Source: Laetmonice hystrix (Eukaryota). Taken from it: DNA of 64,000 bases. Made by a program: the position numbers and the translations under genes. Position 1 is the first letter of the stretch, and each line of letters starts with the position of its first letter. The notes under the pieces are model-generated. The model saw nothing but the letters and a program-made list of their open reading frames with translations, did not search any database and was not told the DNA's origin. The stretch is from positions 38,566,001-38,630,000 of the forward strand of contig OZ249436.1 in the NCBI GenBank assembly GCA_965235115.1, read 5' to 3'. This document shows, one piece after another, positions 48,901 to 60,900 of this stretch.

Positions 48901-51900
48901 AGAGTATGATGCAGGCGTAATTCCAAAAGCCTCTGTTTAAAATTAGGAAGAAAACATTCAGGTATTGAAAGCAAAATAGTTGATTGCTTATTGAGTAAAA
49001 TTTATGTATGATACAACATGTATATCTAAAGGCAGGGGTGGATCCATTCGGAAAACCTCGGCCCAACTTCCGGTCGCTTCGCTGTAGTTGTGCTCGGACA
49101 CCCCTCGACGCATTGATATACATGGATTCCATGTATCGCCCCAGTGCGCAATGACACAAGACTGGCACAGGTAGTGAGATGCCGGCAGAAATTGAGTCCC
49201 TTATAATATATATAGTGGTTAGAGCCTCTATTAATGGTGTTAGTAAACTCATATAGACCAGATATCATTATAAAGTTGTTGTTACGTTAACAACTTTGAC
49301 CAAACATAGATCAATCGAATAAAATGACCCGCCGCTTCGCGACAGCTCTGCAGGGCCACACGGGTGGCTCCCGGTGGGGACAGCTAGGACGGCCCGGGCG
49401 GCCCGCGGCCTTCGAGTCGCCCTGGCTCATAGTCATAATATTGAACCACTTTGAGTATGGATTTGCCGTATTATGTGCCTTGATTTGACTGGATTCAACA
49501 CAAGGTGTTCAACATAACGCTTAAAATGAAAGAAGTCAAATTTCAAACCGTCACAGAAAAACGGGTCTGACGATTCAACGGTGGCGTGTACTGAAACGGT
49601 TTGACATGGTTTGACTGGCTACCTTGATCATCGATCCTCTTATCGCACGAATCATACATGCTAAATAAGGAATAGTCCACGTTTTCATGGCTAATTTCAT
49701 TGTCAAGAAAGGCTAAAATCCGTGACAAATTCGGTTTCAGTCTTTTTGCCAACTAAAGCCGTCAGCACCACAGCCCAGATACTAGTGCTGGCGAGTGGCC
49801 GCTACGACGATAGTGCGTTGACCCCATCTGACCCAATATGGCGACCTCCGATTGGTATCCGAGTCTCTCTACATCGTAAAGGGCTCGGTGTTCCGAATGG
49901 GGTGGATCCTGGGAGGGGGCGGTCCAGGGGGTCCGGACCCCCCTTTTTGGACAGAAAAAGTCTAGGCTATCGGTGCAATAGGTCAATGTAGTCTGATGCA
50001 AAAATTCTGTTAGGCTACAACTGCAGCATTATATATACAGACAGCGTGGTCCTTTTCATGAGATGAGGCCTTGTGAATGGTGTAAAAAATAGCATCTTTT
50101 GGCCTTCTAAATTAAAAAAAAAAGAATCTGGGGAGGACTCCGACTCCCTGCGCATGTTATTGGTAGGCTAGTTTGGCCTGAATGCTTTGAGAAACTTCTA
50201 AATTCAAATATTTTCTGGGGGAGGGCCCATGCACAGACCCTCGCGCATGAACCATGACTTCACGTCATGTCATTACGTCATAATTATAACATATTGGAAT
50301 CCCCCTTTTTAAAAAAGCTGGCTCCGCCCCTGAAAGGTATAGAAACATTTATAATACGTACACCCGTTTGACCATCTGCCTGAGAAGTGGGTTCCGTATG
50401 AGCTTCCGTTGATACTCGATACAACCCAGGATGTCCTTGGTCCAGAAGACCAGAGCCCGCAGTTTGTTCGATGGCGACGTCCGGTCTATGTTCCATTTGA
50501 TAGTTTCCCTCAGCGACTCTGACAAAATATCCTGGTCGGAAACAGGCTAATATTAGTTTGGAGGGACAGGGCAAATTCTCTGCCTCACAATGAATCTAAC
50601 TTTCAACAACTGTATTTTTGGACCTATTTGTAGATGTGCTTGTAGTGAATTCAGGGGACCCAATATTATACTGCGATTAAATAACGTAATTACAGGTTGG
50701 TATAAAGACATACCTGTTCCTGGACCGGGAAGTGAACTTTTTGAAGACATCCTCCCTTCATCACTTCCACTGACATACACTGACTGCGGAAGTAACGCAC
50801 AGCTCTCTTGTCTAGTGGGTTCGTCAGGACTGCAACCAATTATTTCAGTACACAGTGAGCATGTACTAATGGTAACTACAAGGACGTTATTACTGATATC
50901 ATTATCGAAGTAATATAGACAAACCAAGGAGACTTCCTCTATCTCCCTCTTGCTGTTAAAGAACTACCGTATTCTGAAGTAGTTATTAGGCCTACGTTCA
51001 ATTACAAGGTGGGTTATACATAGAAGAAAAGTATCCGTTTCATGGTATGAATTACACCGATGTCATGGTGAAGTTTGGGGAGGCGTACCTCTCTTTTCCA
51101 ACCGTTTATCAACATCAAAGAGGCGCGCCAAAATGATGTAAAGCAGAAAGCCCAACGCGTTGATACTGTCCAGAAGTGATCGGCTGCACTTTGGCTGCGA
51201 GTAAACATCATGGAAATTAGACCTTTTTGTTATAACTGATTATGTTTTATTTTTTACACAATACCTCTCGTCAAGGAAGACCTACATATTACAACTACAT
51301 TAAAGGTCCGGAGAATATAACCACGAAATTGCCCCCTTATACCAGTTTGAATCAGCCTTATCCATGATTTCCCTGTATGGCCTTCAAACAATCACTAATA
51401 ATGCCCCCCCCCCCAAAAAAAAAATAAAAAAATAAAAAATAAATAGCATCGAGCACCGTAGCCTGCGGGGGCGGGGGGGGGGCAACTGCCGCCCTGGGAG
51501 TTCCTTTTTTTACCCAGATCCCAGCTCAACCGGGGCAATGACACGCTATCACGCGGTAGGCCTGTTAATGTTCAGGGGACACTGCCCCCATGGGACTTTG
51601 GGTCTGGCTACGACCCTGCGTTATTTGACGTCGTTGACCTCGTTAATTTTTTTCTTGACCTTTATTACCAGTTAAAGCTTGGTCCTACGCCCGTTTACAA
51701 TGATTGCCCACATTTTATTCTGTGGTACCTTTCTGGAGAAACATGTGTTTGTGTCGGCCTGTTCCGTCGGTTCGGTTCCCGTGATCGTCTTCCTCAGGTC
51801 AGCCTCTATCTGACTACCCTGTCAGAAAGAGTAGGTAGCATGGTTAGCAGTCAACCATGTTCTCAAAGTGAGTCAGACGCATTTAATGGATTCCTGACAA

Positions 51901-54900
51901 GTATGGGAACTAAAGTTTCCTATTTCATAGTTTGTCTAATACTTACTGTCTCTGTTTCGTGAACCATCCGGATATGCTTCAGCAAAGCGCAGATATCGAG
52001 TGTGTCCAGGATTTCCTGTGGCAACAATGTCGTACAACATCGTTCAGGATTAGGAGGCAATTAACATGGAGTTGCTAAGAAAGAACCGCCCTCAACAAAA
52101 TAACACTTTCGAAAACCACGGCTGCCGTTAATTTCCGATAAATTCAATGGGTGAAAACTCTCGACAACTCTGAAAACCCTCAAAATGAAACATACGGATA
52201 TTTTTTGAAGTGAAGTTTTCATGGCATACCTTCTGTAGACTTTCTCATTTTTGACGTAACACCAAGGAAAAAAGGACGAACCTTTGCCAATCCCAAGGCT
52301 GCAGGATCATTCTCCTCGATGAGTGACAGCAGTAGGTTACCTATCTCCTGTTTGAGTTCGATCACCTGTTTCCGAAAACAAGAGGAACAGGGACACTTGA
52401 AACGTCACTCTGCTCATGTTACCGAAAACAAGAGGAACGGGGACACTAGAAACGTCACTCTGCTCATGTTACCGAAAACAAGAGGAACAGGGACACTAGA
52501 AACGTCACTCTGCTCATGTTACCGAAAACAAGAGGAACAGGGACACTTGAAACGTCACTCTGCTCATGTTACCGAAAACAATAGTAACAGGGACACTAGA
52601 CACGTCACTCTGCTCATGTTACCGAAGTCAAGAGGAACAGGGACACTTGAAACGTCACTCTGCTCATGTTACCGAAAACAAGAGGAACAGGGACATTAGA
52701 AACGTCACTCTGCTCATGTTACCGAAAACAAGAGGAACAGGGACACTTGAAACGTCACTCTGCTCATGTTACCGAAAACAAGAGGAACAGGGACACTAGA
52801 AACGTCACTCTGCTCATGTTACCGAAATCAAGAGGAACAGGGACACTTGAAACGTCACTCTGCTCATGTTACCGAAAACAATAGTAACAGGGACACTTGA
52901 AACGTCACTCTGCTCATGTTACCGAAATCAAGAGGAACAGGGACACTTGAAACGTCACTCTGCTCATGAGCGTTTTCTTCGGTTCCAAGCTTCTTCCAGA
53001 CAATGCTTTCTGTAGAATAGTTTTTAAGTATAGTGCCATTTTTTTACATTTTCTCATTCCTAAACATATTCCTAACGTAATATGTGTTAAGATTGGAAAC
53101 ACACCTGGCATGGTTCACATCCTTCGAAACGGGACATGCGGAGGATAAAATTCATGTAGTCGATGATCTTGTGGTTAAAGGCGACGACCCTATTCTCCTG
53201 TAGACCCTAGAAATGGGACACCAGTTGTGTTAAAATACATGGTGGGCATAGACCCTAGAAATGGGGCACTCGTTGTGTTAAACTACATGGTGGGCATAGA
53301 CCCTAGAAATGGGGCACCAGTTGTGTTAAATACATGGTGGGCATAGACCCTAGAAATGGGGCACTAGGTGGGCACATGGTGGGCAGGGGAACACCCAGGA
53401 GTTTGGAAAGGCTGGCTGAAGGTTGGAAATATGGCTATAAGGGGGGTTGAACAGGGCCAATTCAGAAATTCAATGCAGAAGCTCCTGTTAGCCGGACAGT
53501 AGACCTACCTGACAGAGTTCATTGACGGTAGAGAAAACCTGACAGGCCAGGCCGATGGTGTCTCCAGCCACGTGAGTGTACACTGAACCGATGAACCCGG
53601 TCATCTCAGCCACCAGGTCCACCGTCCTCAGGTTGTCCGGCTGTTCCCGGAAGTAGTTCTGTGTAAATATACGTCATCAATAACTTTCGGGTCATAAATG
53701 GCGCATAAGGAAGCGCAGCAAGGAAATATTAAACATATTAGCATAACCTTAATTACAATCCTGCACTGTTTGTCGGTCAGCTGACTGGTTACCGCTAGAG
53801 GTCTCTGCCTTACCTGAGCGTCCTTGTACTGGCCGTCACACAGCCTGGCCATGACCCGGAAGGACAACACCACATCGGAGTGACTCGGGCATACGTCCTG
53901 CATGACTGACTCGGCCGGCTCCTCCCCAGTGGGGAAGGCGGGGTTCACGATTCCGATCTCCACCTGCAACGATGTCATTGGATGTTGAGAAACTGAGGAA
54001 AATTATGGTGGTGGTGGTGGGGGTGGGGGGGGGGGTTAAGCTTGAGGGGCAACTTGGGTTAGTGGAAACGTGTCGTTAAAAAAAGTGGGATGTCTCCTAC
54101 CGTCACCGAATAAATTTCAGCGCGAAAGATGACGCCAAAACTCCTTGAAGCTCTTTTTCTGTATGTGTCTTTGTCTGTGTGTCTCCGTGTCTCTGTATGT
54201 CTGTCTCTGTCTCTGTCTCTGTATCTGTCTCTCTCACTGTCTCTCTCTCTCCCTCCCTCCCTCTCTCTCTCCGACCACATACCTCTTCGCAAATAATTTC
54301 CTTTGATTCAGCAACAAGCAGCTGGTTTCTGGACTTGCGCTGGAAGAATGGTTTCAAACTCTTCTTCTTCAGCGCCCGCTTATCGTACTTGAACACAGAG
54401 GGTTTCTGAAAACAACATTTGTTCCTTAAGGCAAGTTCATAAAATACTGTACACTATGGAACTGACAGGAATATAATTAATATAACTGCCTTAATTTAGA
54501 GGAGTCCAAATGACATTGATCTCATGCTACTTTGATCACCACAATATCTGTGGGCTGTATTTTTCTTTTGAAATGCACGGGCATCAGGGGTAACCCAATT
54601 ACTTTGACAATGTCCCTAAAGAGAAAAGTTGTATAGTCCTCTACAGGAATCGAACCCCGGCCCCAAGATTACTGCACCCATTCGCATAGCATAAGGTGTC
54701 GACACCCATGCCCACTCGGCCACCGTGTGTTGTAATTAGACAGTAACCCAACTCAGATGTAGGCCCTCTGTCTATGTTCGCTAATTACTGAGGCTAAAAC
54801 TGGATGCCTCCTTAAATGATTGTCGATATAAAGAGCAAGAGATCTTGGTATGTTCACGAAAGCAAGAAGACGAACTTGAATCAGGTTGTGTGCTGCATGT

Positions 54901-57900
54901 TTATAGAATCCCGCCATTGTATAAAGGAACCTACCGTAGTTTGACCGGATGTTTCCGTGACGTCACTCTTCGTGGCAGTTCTGGCATCAGCTTCCTTGGC
55001 CCGAGCGTTCCTTTGGGCTTCTATTGACCTCCTGGGTAAATAATGATACGACTTAATCCTCAATGAAGGAAGACAAGATTAAAACAGGAACCTTTATGTT
55101 ATGAGGACAGAAAGTATGTGTTCTCCTTTAAACAACCGAATGCATTGCCACAAGAACGTTTACATTTCTTTGGCAGCAACGATGGCGTCCAGTACGCGAG
55201 CCCGGATGTAGATAAAGAAGACCTCCTCGGCAGACTCCTTAAAATACGCCATCATCGCCATCTGAGGGGAAAACAGAAGGGTTACCTTATATATCTTGAA
55301 TACTACCATGCTTCTTGTCGAAGATTAGTAATTTACTGTTACATGTATATCCCGAACGAGTACACCGTGATGATCGTCTATGATTACAGTAATAACCTGG
55401 GCGAGTACCACGGTAATCAGCCATAACTACGGTAATAGCGATTACCTGTCCCTTCTTGTTGGCATTGAAGAGGACGAGGTCGATCAGACTCATCACCTCC
55501 CGACCCACTGCCAAGTTCTTCCGGTCCAACAACGGCATGACTTTCCGGATGACGTCATAGTCAATAAACATGTCCTGCACATACTTGACCGCAGTCAGTA
55601 GCCTGCAAGGATGTAGAACTCAAACTAACCAAACTGCTATGAAGTTGGAATAGGACATTCATTTCAAATCCGCCAATGTTTATATTCTGAAATGAAAATG
55701 CGGGTGTGGGGGTTTCTTTATAATGAGAGGACTAAGGGTTGTTTTTTTCAGTGTGCAAAGCGGTATCAGTGGTCACCTCTTGTGTTTCTTGACGTCATCG
55801 CCCCAGTCTTCAGGCAGACGTACAGTGATGTTATAGATCAATGCTCGCAGTATCTGCAGAGATTTGATGTCCAGCTCGTCATTCACTGTCCGGTCTCGGT
55901 GGGAGCTTTTCCTAGCAGATATTCTGGGTGAAATACACAAAGTAGTTATTAGGCAAGGCACAGACTTCTCCTGATGCGATAGTTACCAGGTCAATATATC
56001 CCCATCCTCTTCTTCAAACTAAGTCAATACATCAGGGTTACTGAGTCTCAAAATAATTTCAACAGATACGTATCCATTATGGTTGAAATTATTCTGAATA
56101 AGAGACTAGACTGAATGGTCGATTTACCAATTAAGAGTCTGACTTACTCGAGTTGATCGATGAGTTTATAGGCACGGGACCCTCCGATCTGGGTGGCACT
56201 AAAACATTTCACCTCGGTCTGGAATTCCGCCCCAAGCGGGAATTTAACCTCGAGGTCCTCTGGCACGTAGGCTGAGTTACGCAAAGACAACATGTTACCA
56301 TAATTTATATTTGAAGCGATAATTTAAGTATCTAAATTTAAGCTTGGCCAAAAGGGATATCACTTATGAAAGATATAAGGTTAAGCCCTACACTGCATGG
56401 GGGCCGTCTCATTTCAAACAATTGATATTCCTTGAGAGCGACTAGGGCTCCATCCATTGCCCGATTAGTACTCACGCTTCCGACCACGGTTGCCCTCAAC
56501 TCCGAGCTGGGTGTTCATAGTATTCCTGCCTTCTAGGAACACGGCCACGTGTCGACCAAAGTGGTGCATCTTCTCGTTCAAATTCAGCTCCTCAGTATTC
56601 TTATGTTCCTGGGGCTGTTACGGATTAACGACCAAAAAAGAACGATATTTTTATCATCTTCTCATGTAACGCTATGGTAACCCACTGGTACCTCAGTAAA
56701 GAAGTAATAAGTAGTAAAATATAATGAGGTAATGAGTTATAATGAGTTGAGTCAGATTTACCTGCGAGTCAAGGTCCTTCTTCATTTCGACCAAGGTGGA
56801 GTTAAACTTGGTGTGATCGAAGACGTTTTCGAGTACCTGTTTCAAAACATAGACTCAGTCAGTTATGAAATACGGTGGATAGACCCAGGTGACACTGCTT
56901 GAGCTATATCTGTGTTTGCCTATTGTGCAAACATATACGTTGCTGTATTAATGAGTTAATTGTGGTTGAACTCACAGTTTTGGAGACCTGTAGCCGACGT
57001 AACACAACTTCTATACAGTCGACCATGTATTGGAGTTGGCAGTTGTTCTCAGCATATCGACCAGCGACATCTGTGAACGGCTGGAGGGGTACAACAGATA
57101 ATATGTCACAACTCCAAGGGCCGGGTCTCTACTGGACTTCAATCTGAGGCCAAGAGTTAGGCCGATGTCTCTCGCCCTTGTACTACAACATGTATAAGGC
57201 AACACTCGGCCAAGGGGGGGGGTATAGGTGCGGGGGGCTGTGTATGTTTGGTTTGAACCTTTCAAGCAGAAAAAAGAAAGATTAATTCGAAAGGGGGCAG
57301 GTTACAGCCCCCGTAACCCGCTACCCCTCTGGATTCGTCACTGTGTCCCAAAATGGTCCATAAATATAAAGATACTTACAGGGAGAGCAGATGCCAACCT
57401 CTGTAGAACATCGATTTCTGTAGGGTAAAGGAATCTGTCAGGCTGGTAGAACCGTTTGAAGAATTCCTGAAATTGGTAGCAAAGAATTTTATTGTATGGG
57501 TATTGTTGTCGTCACTGTCTTACGTCACTTTTAGCTGTAGACCTCAATTCCGTGTTATATTCCTTAGCCTGGTCCTAATTAAGGTCTATATTGAAGCTAA
57601 TCGAAGAGAGCGCTGTGATTGGCCCATCGAAAACATGGACGCAAACGTTGAAGGTAGTTCCGTATTTCTCCAACGAGATACGATATTTTCGTCAATCATT
57701 TTACAATATGTTTTAACATTTAAAAATATCCTCGCTTTTCTAGATGTAGACATAGTGTCACCGGCCCCTATGCCAGACTACGGTCTGCATCACGCATGGC
57801 CATGTTGGCCACACTCCAAGCAGAGATCTGTCGCTCCATTGACGCTGACCAACTGCTTGTCGGTTTTCTGACAAGTGAAATTACCCAGTACCTGGCCTAT

Positions 57901-60900
57901 AGCGGACGCATCTGTTTGGCAGGGGGCTGGGCTATATTATTACTCACCTTCAGTAAGAGGAAGCCACCGTCCAGCATGTAGGCGATGACGTCAGAGGGGT
58001 CAGAGGGGTCTTCGGTCGGTACAGGGGTGGACGTCGATAAAGGCATTCTCCTGACGACGTTATCAGAAAAAGTAAGCTGAATGTAGTAGGCCGGCATAGA
58101 GTTTGTTCCCTCTTAGTTAAAGCGACAGTCTCGTCCTTCAGCATTACGCGATAGGCTTCCATCCTAACGGTCGATGTGCTATTTATAGACCTTAGTTCCT
58201 ATGCCTCCCAACGGTCGATGTGCTATTTATAGACGTCAGTTCCTATGCTGCAGCATAGGAACTGACGTCTATAAATAGCACATCGACCGTTAGGATGGAA
58301 GCCTATCGCATAATGCTGAAGGACGAGACTGTCGCTTTAATAGATGTCCTTTCATAGCATAGGCATAGTAGCAAGCTTTAAACTAAGCAGAGCTACGGCA
58401 CCCCATAGGCACCTAGCCCTTTAGGGTTTTAACTTTCTAGATTGATTTTAATCGATATATTTCCACAGCGATATAATTTAACAGGGGTGGTAATATTTTT
58501 AGCACGGTGATATTTCCACTGCTGTGAAATTATTCATAAAAATCAATGTAGAACGTTAAAGTGTCCTCGTGGGCCACCATATAGTGTATGTGTCGTTGTG
58601 GGCCACCGTAGCCTTACTTAGCTTAAAGCTTGCTGTTTAGAGCCTTTCTGAAACCGGGGCCGGTCTCCCCACTCCTAAACATTTTAATTGAACAATCAGA
58701 AATAGGGGGACTGTCCGACCCTTGTGTGGCAATATTTTATGTGAAGGAGAAACATACGCGAAACTTCTATCTGCAGCTCCAAACGTCCCGTTCAGGGCCG
58801 TCTGCGACTGCCTCCTGTTGATCTTGATAACCATCGTCCATATGATCTGGATGTGTTTCCATAAACCCCTGGAAGAAGATGGGTAGATTTTAAACAAATC
58901 AGAAATCGCTCCACCCCAGAGATAAGCCATGTATTATGGTAATACTTACCCGTCATGGGGTAGTTCGTCAACCCCGCTCTCTACCGTAGACCGGGCGGTA
59001 ACCATGTATGCCCAGACCAGGTACCGGGCGAACGCAGGCTTGAGGTTGACGGGTACATGGCGGTTGCTGAGGATGAGGAGAAGCTCGTCCACGGGCAGCA
59101 GGGTCTGACAGAGTGACTCGATGTACCGGTTCTCTCCCTACACCAACATCAAACAGAATCATGTCTCATAGAGGGACTCAATGTACCGGTTCTCTTCCTA
59201 CACCAACATCAAACAGGAATCAGGTCTCATCGAGGGACTCAATGTACCGGTTCTCTCCTACACCAACATCAAACAGAATCATGTCTCATCGAGGGACTCA
59301 ATGTACCGGTTCTCTTCCTACACCAACATCAAACAGGAATCAGGCCTCATCGAGGGACTCAATGTACCGGTTCTCTCCTACACCAATATCAAACAGGAAT
59401 CAGGGTTCATCGAGGGGCTCAATGTACCGGTTCTCTTCCTACACCAACATCAAACAGGAATCAGGCCTCATCGAGGGACTCAATGTACCGGTTCTCTCCC
59501 TACACCAACATCAAACAGAATCATGTCTCATCGAGGGACTCAATGTACCGGTTCTCTTCCTACACCAACATCAAACAGGAATCAGGCCTCATCGAGGGAC
59601 TCAATGTACCGGTCCTCTCCCTACACCAACATCAAACAGAATCATGTCTCATCGAGGGACTCAATGTACCCGGCCTCCCCCGACATCAAACTTGAATCAC
59701 ACAGAATCTATAGCAGGGTCTGACGCAGCAGACCGACTCGGATTCTTAGGGCCCCGCCAACCTAAACCCTCTTTAACTTGACGTTCAATCCCTCCACCCA
59801 CTCCCAAAAATGACCACCTACCTCAGCGCATGTTGCAAGAAGATCAACCAGGTTGACTAAATAGATCTGGTGGTCGGGGCCTTTCTTTCCAATAATAATC
59901 TGTAACCTGAAAAAAAAAGAGAAAAAAAACATTGACACGGTTTCTTGTTTTATCGTCGTTCATCGTAATCATATCGGATTGTCGACAGGCAAGGCCTTTT
60001 AATGCCAACAGAGGGCGCTGTAGGTATTTCTCGGTCATATTTGTTAATGCCTAAGCCCAGGTATTCCTCTGGGCCAATCATGTCATGTAAACTTCCATGC
60101 TTATATTCACTGTTGGCAGAAGACATTGTCATAACATGTCAAGTAACCCTCATGCTTATATTCATTGGTTACAGAAGACATTCTTATAAGAATTAACCTT
60201 AATAATCTCAATAAACTGTCCAGCGCTAAACTGTGTTCAGTCATCTGGGGCATTAAAAATACTAGATATAGGACTAATCCTGGCGGGAGGCTCACCTATC
60301 CCGAGGGTTCATATTCATGGCGTAGGCGGCCGACTTGTAGTGTTCCATGATGAATTTGGTCACGAGGTGCTGGTTTCGCTTCAGGAGGGTCCCAGAGGTC
60401 GCCATCTTCATGATCGTCTTCAGCAACTGCTCGGAAAACGGTTCCTCAAAATGTACATTCTAACTTGGAAAATGAATACGTAACTGCAGACTTGCCTATA
60501 TAGTGATCATTCAGATTTTTGGTGGTGGAAATGCATGAGTGAGGCCACAGAGAAACTTCAGCGGCGTAAGAATTTTTTCGTTTTAGTTGCACAAGACGCT
60601 GACTGACCTGTAGGAACTGGGGCGCCTGTTCCTTGTACTGGCCGGCTAGACGAACCAGCTTCTGGACATCCTGGGGTTTTAGCCGCAGGCAGTGGCCTGG
60701 GTTTTCCCGGAATACCTAGGGCCAAGTTATAAGCGACAACTTAAGTGTATTTCCAGAAAAAAACATAACTTGTTCAATGAAAAAAAATCTGGGAAAAGGA
60801 GGAGGCGTGACCGCACACATAAGCAGAAAAATAAAGGAATTTCCAATGTAAATATATTGCATTGCCAAAATGCATTGGTCTACCTCCTGAAGCGCCAGAG

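Noticed and set aside
57081..57143. Longer version of gene B exon 56976-57080 using the AG at 57144
   Set aside because: All three frames hit stop codons. The acceptor at 57081 gives an open, phase-compatible exon.
59113..59781. 222-aa and 180-aa plus-strand ORFs (likewise 4653-5222 and 52319-52884)
   Set aside because: They are translations of intronic tandem repeats.
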